Origin: an uncultured Clostridia bacterium
Lineage (GTDB): Bacteria; Bacillota; Clostridia; Christensenellales; UBA1242
NCBI GenBank assembly: GCA_944349515.1
Contig: CALVNE010000004.1
Coordinates: 2,166 to 66,165 of the forward strand
Direction of reading: 5' to 3'
Length of the DNA: 64,000 bases
The notes beneath the pieces are model-generated. The model made no database searches and was not told the origin of the DNA. It was given only the letters and a program-made list of their open reading frames with translations. This document shows positions 21,801 through 30,800 of the stretch, piece by piece; the first letter of the stretch is position 1; the number at the start of each line of letters is the position of its first letter. The translations under genes were made by a program, and so were the position numbers.

Positions 21801-24800
21801 GCGAACTATTACGACGAGTATAAAACGGTGACAAACAATAACTACAACCCAAACAGCACCCTTGTAGGCGAAAGTTTGAAAAAAATCGTTGAGGCGGGCG
21901 GGTCGCTTTCCAGCGCCGTTTCCAATCTCTCATATGCTGGCGGACTTGCGGGCTACGTCGACATCTATGAAGATATCGACGAAGAAAATGTCACCTTCAG
22001 CGGTTCGGTGGACTACTCCACCTATGACCTTTTGACGATAAGAATTTCTAACTCCATTAACATCTACGGCGAGGTTGCCGGCGGGCTTGTGGGATATTTA
22101 AGTGGAACAACAACTGCCTACGATATGGGGCTAGAGTTAAATGCCGACATGGCGCTTTCCACACCGTCATACATCACGGCTAAAAACCTCTATGCGGGCG
22201 GAATTGTTGGCGAAAGTTATGGCGGACTATTTGCTTGCTACGCTGAGTACACAAGAGAACTTCAAGACACAATTGAAGAGAGTATGTACCGTTATTATAA
22301 CTCCTCAGCGAATGTCGAACGCGGACAAATGAGCATTTTCTCTTTCACGGAGTCGGAAACCGGCGTGGGCATTACGAGCAGATATAACGACCCATACTTT
22401 GTTGGCGGACTTGTCGGCTATGCGGGCGGTGGCTTTATCTCAACATCATACAATAGGTTGAACGTCGTTTCCAATACTTCTCATAAACGAGATTATCAAG
22501 CATATTTCGGCGGACTTGTCGGCTGTGTGGATAGTGATGACTATTTCTCCTCCCAAATTCTTAACACAAGAGGGCAAGTTTCTTACTCGCTCAATGAAAC
22601 CTATTTCAGCGGAGTGCTAAACTCCACCACCGCCGCTTCCATGGGTGGTGCTGTTGGGTTAATCACAAGCGATAGCATTGTGGAAATGCGAAGGGTGAAC
22701 TCCATTCCTTACTATGATTCTAACTCTGATAGGTCAAAAATTTTCGGTCTTATTGGCGGATTTGAAACGAATGTGAACACCGACGGCGGACTGAGTTTGA
22801 CAAGACCTTCTCACCTTTACCTTATGGATAACGCCAATGGCTACTACGACATTATAACCAACACAAGGCTCAGCGGTAACACCTACGAAACCACCACAAC
22901 AAGCATAGCAGTATCCGCAGAGTACCTTGCGCAAAACGATGTGTTGGAAAATGACGCGACGCGCTATAACTACATTTTCAGCTATCGCGACTCGCTTATC
23001 GAAACCTTTAACCCAGATATTTCCGACGCTGCAACAGACATAGATAGCGCTCAAATTATGCAAGTGGAGTGGATAAGAAACCTCTCCACCATGGAATCGG
23101 CATACACAAGAATGAATCAATATTTCCTAAGGAACGATTGGGAGCCTGACTATTGGCAACACGAGGTTGGCACTCTTTATCCGCGTATTGTTTTAACCCC
23201 AAGAACTAACACCGTCTACCTCGACGCCTATGAGGAAAGCATCAGAGAAGTTTTGGATATCATAAACGAAAACTCCTCTTACACCGTGATTGTGCGCGGG
23301 CTTATCGACCCAGAAAATCCAAGTTTGGGCTACACCGATGTCGACCTTAGACCATATCTCGACGCTAGCACCACGGCGCGTAACTTCTCTGGCAGATTTG
23401 TGTCTTATGAAGAGTATATGAACTCCAACACCGAAGGGCTTGTCACTGCGGGGAAAGAAGTATTTGACGGACCATATATCATCGGTGGCACTGCCGGCGA
23501 AAATGTGGGCATTATCCTTGACCAGCCTATCTTTGAAACGGTGGATTATGGCTTTGAGATGGGCAACCTTAACATCTATTACACCAACAGTGGCAACGTT
23601 TCCACAACTTCCTATACCTCGCTTTTGGTGGCAAGAACGGCAACTAACGGATATTTCCATGAACTAGATATCCACCTCAACAACCCTCTCACCTTGCAAG
23701 CGGATTCCTACGGCATGGCGGGACTTTTAACTGCCGAGTCTATCTCCACCGATTTTGTGGATATAAACATCATCTTTAGAAGAGCGAATTTAAACGATAA
23801 TTCTGTCGATTTGACATTTATCGATTCTGACGCCGAAAGGCTAAACGGCGGAAGTCAGTATTTCGGCATTTTGTCGGGCAGAATGCTTCAAAATTCGGTG
23901 TATAAGGCGATGACCATTTCGAACATCAACTTTGCTGTGGAGCAAAAGCGAACGTCGAGCCAGCAGTCGGGCGGAGGCACAGCCACACAAAATTCTAACA
24001 TCAATTTCAATTTTGTTAAACAAACAGATAACAGTTACGATTTGTATTTTGGTCTATTGTCTGGCGACAGCAGTGTGGAAGCGGGCAGTAATCCTTCGCG
24101 GTTTAGAATGACCTCGCTTAATAGGTATCAAGGAAATAACTATAATATCAACATAACTTTCACCAAAAACGACTCTTTATCCGGCGACCAAAATATCAAT
24201 AACGCCTACATAGGTTCCTACTTTGGAAGGGCTAATTTCGGCTATATTGAAGGTGTGTTGGGCGATGATAATTATCCACTAAACAACATAACCATATCTC
24301 AGAATCTTCCGGTTACCACTGAATATATAGGGCTTGGTTTCGGCAGATTGGTGGGTAATGGCAGTATGAATATCACAAAAGATAGCGATGCAGTTGTCAA
24401 CTTTGTTGCTAAAGGTAGTGTGGTGCAAGAGGGCACGGTGGAAACCGCTTACATCGGCGGGCTTATCGGTCAGGCTGAGATGAATTTAAGTATCGACAGC
24501 AACATTGAAACCGGCTTGTCACTTGCTGGCGCGGAAAATATCACTTCCTCTGCAAACATCGGCTCCATTATCGGCGTACTAAATGGCACCTTCTCGGCTA
24601 AGTCGTTTAGCACGGAAAACTCATTAACTGTGAACACTTTGGGCGGCGTAGATATCAATTACGGGCTTATTGGTGTTTTAAGTGGCAGAGCAAGCGTGGA
24701 AATGGGCGTAGACACTGACGCCGACGCTATGCTTTCGCGTGATGATATCACCATTTTGAACACCACTGGCAATGTCAACATCGGCGGTGTGGTTGGTAAG

Positions 24801-27800
24801 GTGGAAAGCACAAACAGTGAAAACGCTGTTACCATTTCAAATTATCTTAATTTAAGCACCTATACCATTGAAAACTGCGCAAATGCGACGGTGGGTGGTA
24901 TTGTCGGCGACGCCAGCACGGCAAGTTTCACTATCACTTCCTCCGGCTTTGGTGGAAAGGTATTACTGAGTAGTGTAAATAACAATCAAGACTTTGCTGT
25001 TGGTGGAATTATCGGCAGGGCGCAACAGTCAACCTCGCCAAGCACTTTAAGCAATATCTATTCCTTCGGCGATGTGTTTGTAAGTTACGCTAATAATGAC
25101 AATAGATTAAACACCTATTACTTTGGTGGCGCTGTTGGCTTCTATGAGGTGCAAGAGGGCTCAAATGTCAATTTGACCATTCGAAATTCCTATTCCTTGA
25201 TGTCATCGTTCAACGATAGGGTGACAAACGCCATCGCAAATTACGCCGTTAATGCCTTTGTTGGCTACGGCGCAGATTCGGTTACTTACAGCGGAAATTA
25301 CTATGCTTCCGGTGTCACCTTCGCCCTTCAAACGCAAAGCGGAAATAATGACACCTACTTCATCGCTCACAACGCAAGCGCACCAACTTATTATGGTTAC
25401 ACACTCAGTAACAACGAGGTGCAAGCGTCTAACACAAACATTGTTGCAAACATAAGAAATGGCATTTCTAATATTGTTGGTGGCACTAACGCACTGGACG
25501 ATATTAAAAAACTCAATCCAACCCTTCTTGAAGTGGGCGGAAATGGGGCGTTTACAGGGGTATTTGACAATAGCACAGCGCGCGATATAAATTGGTTCTA
25601 TGTTGGCAGTTCCTTGGGCGACAGCGATAACTATATCACTGCAAGAATAGCAACTTTGAATAATGCGGTCATCGTTGGAAACGGGCAAACTATCAACTTC
25701 CGCTCAAGCGAGGACGCCACCGAGGTTGGCGAAGAGGCGACGTCAGATTACGGCTTTATTGGCGAGATGTCAACACTGGGCAATTCTTTCTCGGCGGTGA
25801 CAAACTTAGTTGTTAATAACACTGTAAGCGTTGTTTCAAACAGCGGTATTGCTGTTGGCGGTATTGTTGGACACATGGGCGCTTCCAATGGAGGCACGTC
25901 CATTCTCTACGCTGTGGGCGTGAGTGGCGAGATAATCGTCGGCGGAACGGGCAACATCTACGTTGGAGGACTTGTTGGTAATATGCAAGGCGAAGGCATG
26001 ATAAACAACGCATACTTCGACGGCGATATCTATTATTCGGCAGGCGCTAACGGCACTGCAACTGGAATAGCATATAGCCAAAGTCACTTAGAAATTTTAA
26101 ACACATTCTCGGCTGGCTCAATTCAAACTCTGTCGAGTCTAGGATATGTAAGTTTGTTTAACGACTCTTCTGCATCCACTGTAACACGCATATTTGACTC
26201 CTACACAATCATGCAACACTTTGGGAACACCGACTATGACGCTGGAATTTATGAAGGCAATTTAGGCACATTCGTTGGCACGCAATCAAATTGCTTATCC
26301 GACTCCTCGGGTGTTTCGTACGCGACGCGCTCGGTTGGCTACGGCGGAGCAACTTACAGTAAAAATTCGCTTGTTGTCAGCGAGGACGACGCGGGAACAG
26401 CAAACAATAACAACGGCTATGTTGAGGTTGAAAATGGCACGCGCGATGTTTGGTTCTATTCGCCATACAAAAACTACGGCTACGGCACCACCGGCTTTGG
26501 ATTCCTTAGAAATGTCACCATTGCAACGCGCGAAAGTGTGCAGACTGGCGATTCCGAAACGGTCAACTATGAGTACACAAAGTATGCGATAAGTGATATT
26601 GCTAATATTGAAACAACCACCACCGACTTCTTCTATCCAATTCTAAACAGCGCACAATTTAATGCAATGATTACCTTGTCAGGAGCGGCGGATGTTGCCG
26701 AAAAGGATAGACAATATATGCTCCGTTACGATATCACGGCAAATTTAGATAGAGGCAGTAACTTCTCTAACCCTAGCGCGCCTTTCACTTTGGACGGCAG
26801 AAATAACACGCTAACGCTAAATTCCTCTTCTTCAAATATGAATGTCGCACTTTTCAATGTTATTTATGGCAATCTTGAAAACCTAAACTTTAAAGATGTA
26901 AAGGTTGAAAGCACAGACTCAAGTCTCAATTTAGAAAATGGCATGAGCGTTTATGGCACGCTGGCAAATGCCTCCTATAACGCGCGCATTGTGAATGTGA
27001 CCATGCAAGGAACACTGGCGGTTACCGATACTTATAAAATTGTTGGTGGCGTCATCGGCGTGGCTGTAAACTCTGAGATAAGAGCGGTGGAAAGTGTTGT
27101 CGACTTCGCACTAAATGCGGACAGTAGTAACAGCATTGTTGGCGGTGTTGTTGGCTATGCTATCGAAAATGGCGACGCACGAGAGGATATTGCAGTTGGC
27201 ATCTTCTATTCGTCAAATGCTGGGAATATCAGTATAGATGACCCTTATGCACGAAATGTTGGTGAAAATGAAAGTAGCACGGAGGAAGGCGGACAAGATT
27301 TAGTCTTTATAACCGCAAGTTTGAACGGCGATGCATTAACCCTTTCTTCAAAAGGTACTATAAGCGCGCACACAAGCAATGTGGGCAATGGCGGAACAAG
27401 TGATATGCAATTAGATTCCAACCTTTCCAGCATAATTGGCGGAATTGCCGGTGTCAGCGAGGTGAATATCGACCACTCATACAACTCGGCAACTCTTATA
27501 AATGGATACAGACAATTTACAAGTGAGGAACAACATAAAATCGGAGCAGTTTCCGCGGGCGGAATTGCGGGATACTCCACGGCGGATATCTCCAACTCTT
27601 TCAACGCTGGCTATGTTGTTGCGGGAAATATGTATAACTACTACGAAACGGTTGAAAGCGCAAACGTGGAAAGAAAATATGGCTACGTGGCACTTGCGGG
27701 CGGAATTGCAGGCTACACCACAGGTTCGATAGGCGCGAACGGCACAAGTTACAACGACGGCAAAGTGCAATCGGTGAGTTATTTTGATTCCAAAGTGCCG

Positions 27801-30800
27801 GCGGGAAATGACGGCTCAGAATACCAAATTGAACTTTCCAGCGTTACATGGGAAATGAACAACACGGGTTGGGACGGAACCGTGGATGGCACGGGTAAAA
27901 CTATCAACGAAACACTAAACGATTTGGAAGATTATATCAATAATGCTCTTTACCCGGGACAGGGTGATGCATATGACGGAAGTATGTATAATAGAAAAGA
28001 CACTTCCATTTCACTTACCTTCAACTTTAAGATAAAAATGAACACCATAAACACAGCAAGGCTGACGCATGCTTATGCACTCGGCTATCAAGGCGCAGAG
28101 AGCGAAATGAACGGTGCGAATGGTCAGTATGCCGAAATTGTCAATGACGGCTGTATTGGTCTTATAGAAAAAGACGTATCGTTCAACGAAACCATTCAAC
28201 GCTACGGCGGAGTGACACTTTCCTATCCATATATCTATGACTGGGTGGAATTTGCCGAAGTTGACGAAAATTTCGTGGCAAGTTATAGCCAAGAAGGAAA
28301 CGGCGAATCCTCTTCGGAAAGCATGAACATGATAAGCGCTTACGATTCCTACGGCTTCCCAAGCAGACTCAATGTTTATTATAAGTATTCGTTTGATATG
28401 AATGTTCTTAGCGCAAACCGATCAAGGAATTATCATAGTTTATGGCGTTTGGCTGGCTCATTAAATGCGCCGACGAATAGATATAAGTTCACTGTTACTG
28501 ACAAACCTTACGACAAAACTCACACCGTTTCTGCGGAAGGAGAAGTTATAAGCCTTGATTTATCCGTTCAAAATGCGCAAGGGGTATTGCCGGGCGGTGA
28601 AACTGAACACTACTTCTCAATGCCGTTCTATCAAGGTAGTGGCGCAACCGGTTATGACGGCAGTTCCTATGAAGAATATATGTATCGCCTAAACAACACT
28701 TTGAGTTTGTATAATAACTACACAACAGCCAGCATGGGCACGGACATCTCGCAAGACTTAGAAAGGTTGTACGGCGAGATTAAAACATATGTTTCAAACA
28801 ACACGCCGGAAAAGAAATTTAATATACGTGGCAACACTTTCAGCATGGTATATAGTGGTGACCAACTCTCTGCTTACACCAAAGGCGTTTCCTTCACGGG
28901 GCAGATAGAGATAGGCAACGCGCCAACTCTATCGCGCGACGGTGAGGAACTTTCTAGCACAAGCGCGGGAATTAGAGTGAAAGATATGACCTTTGACATC
29001 TATAACGGCGCTACGCAAGTTGCTTTAAGTCCACTAAGTTACACGGCATATATCAGCGAAAACACAATTTACTACACTGTTTACTACGATAAAGACGCGT
29101 TGTCGGAAAATTTTGGCGGTGAAGACCTTGATTTAAGCGGTTTGAGTATAGACGCGGGCTACACACTTGAATACACCTTCCGCGACAGCCTCACGCTGAC
29201 AAAGAACAATGTCATTCAAGACGAGGAAATTGTCATCTTCAAAATTATGGACGAAGATACTCTTACCGCGATAAGTTTTGAGGAGTATTTCGCCGAACTA
29301 GACAGCATTCAAACCAGCGAACTGCCTGTGGAATTTGAGGGAATTGATGACGAAGTTATTGCACCGCTTTTAGGTGATGACGGAAATTATCGCATAACTT
29401 ATGGCAACTTGCCTAATTCAACTGGCGAAAAAGAGGCGTATTTCAGTTTCAACTCCGTGGCAGATGCTGATGCCTTTGTTGGTGCGCTTGATGAAAGCGG
29501 AACGGTGAATATGTACTTCTATTATCAAACTTATGGCTCTGGCGAGTATGAGGACGAAAATATCGTCACTCATGTTGGCGCTCTTAGCGACATTTCGCAA
29601 GACTATATATTTGGCATAGGCGAATTTGGTGATGCCGGAACAGTGTTAACTAACACTGCGGGCGTTTCGCTTGATGAAACGGCGGGTTCGTCGATTATGA
29701 GGTTGATGTTCCCTAACAATTCCGACCTTGGTGCGATTAAAGTGGAATTTGAGAATGGCAATATCTACTTCTATCCTCAGACCTCTGACGAAGATAAATT
29801 CAGTTACTATATCGACACCTACGGCACTGGGATTGAGGTCAGCGCTGTATCAAATGGCACCAACTTCTATATCAACCTAGATTTTAGCATGGAGACCAAC
29901 AGCGGGCTATATTCCGCATGGCAGAGTATGCTATCAAGCGCCACAGTTTCCACAGCAGAAGCGGTTACGGACAATAACACAGTGACAGTGCCAAACAGGA
30001 TAAGTCAAACATTGAATGGTGTCAACGTCACCTATATTTTGGACCGCTCTAATACAACCGATTTCACCTACCAAGATGTTGGAAACAGCGTGGAAGTTAC
30101 AAGAACGGGCTCTCAAGCCGTATTCACGGCAAACTATAACTACGCGGGGGCCTCTGTTGGCGGGGTTGGTAATGTGCAGTTTGTAACAATTAGTGACAAC
30201 CTCTACTATGTCAACAGCGACTACGTCCTTCGCGTTGGTGAGAACGGGCAAGTGTCTGGCATTCGAGATAATAAGGGCGCAACTTACGAGTTTACAAGCG
30301 GCAACACCGACACTGTGTATGGCTTACTCACCGCTGGCACTTCTTACACGCTGACCACAATTGAATATAGCAATGCAACGCTAAACATCTATCGTCATGC
30401 TGGCGGTGAGATTAGGGTTTATGAGTTTAGCGGCTCAGCGTACATTGTTGACGGCGCAGATAGGTACGTTTATGTTAATGACACTTTAACAAGCGTAACA
30501 GCAATAGATGAGGACTACTTCTTTGTGGCAAACAATGGCGCGCTTAGAAACTTCACTTTAACCGACATTGTTCTAAGCGACGACGATTATTACCTTGTTT
30601 ACAGCGGTGGGCTTTTCGTTGGTAATTTTGGCGCGTACTCATATGATCCAAACAGCAACACGGCAACTTACGGTGGTGCAAATGTTGAATCCATGATTTA
30701 CCGACTTAACCTGTCAGATTTAACTGGCACCTTTGATATCACAACAGAAACCGGCAACGAAACAGCAAATTATTCGGGCGGATATAACGGCTGGTTTGAA

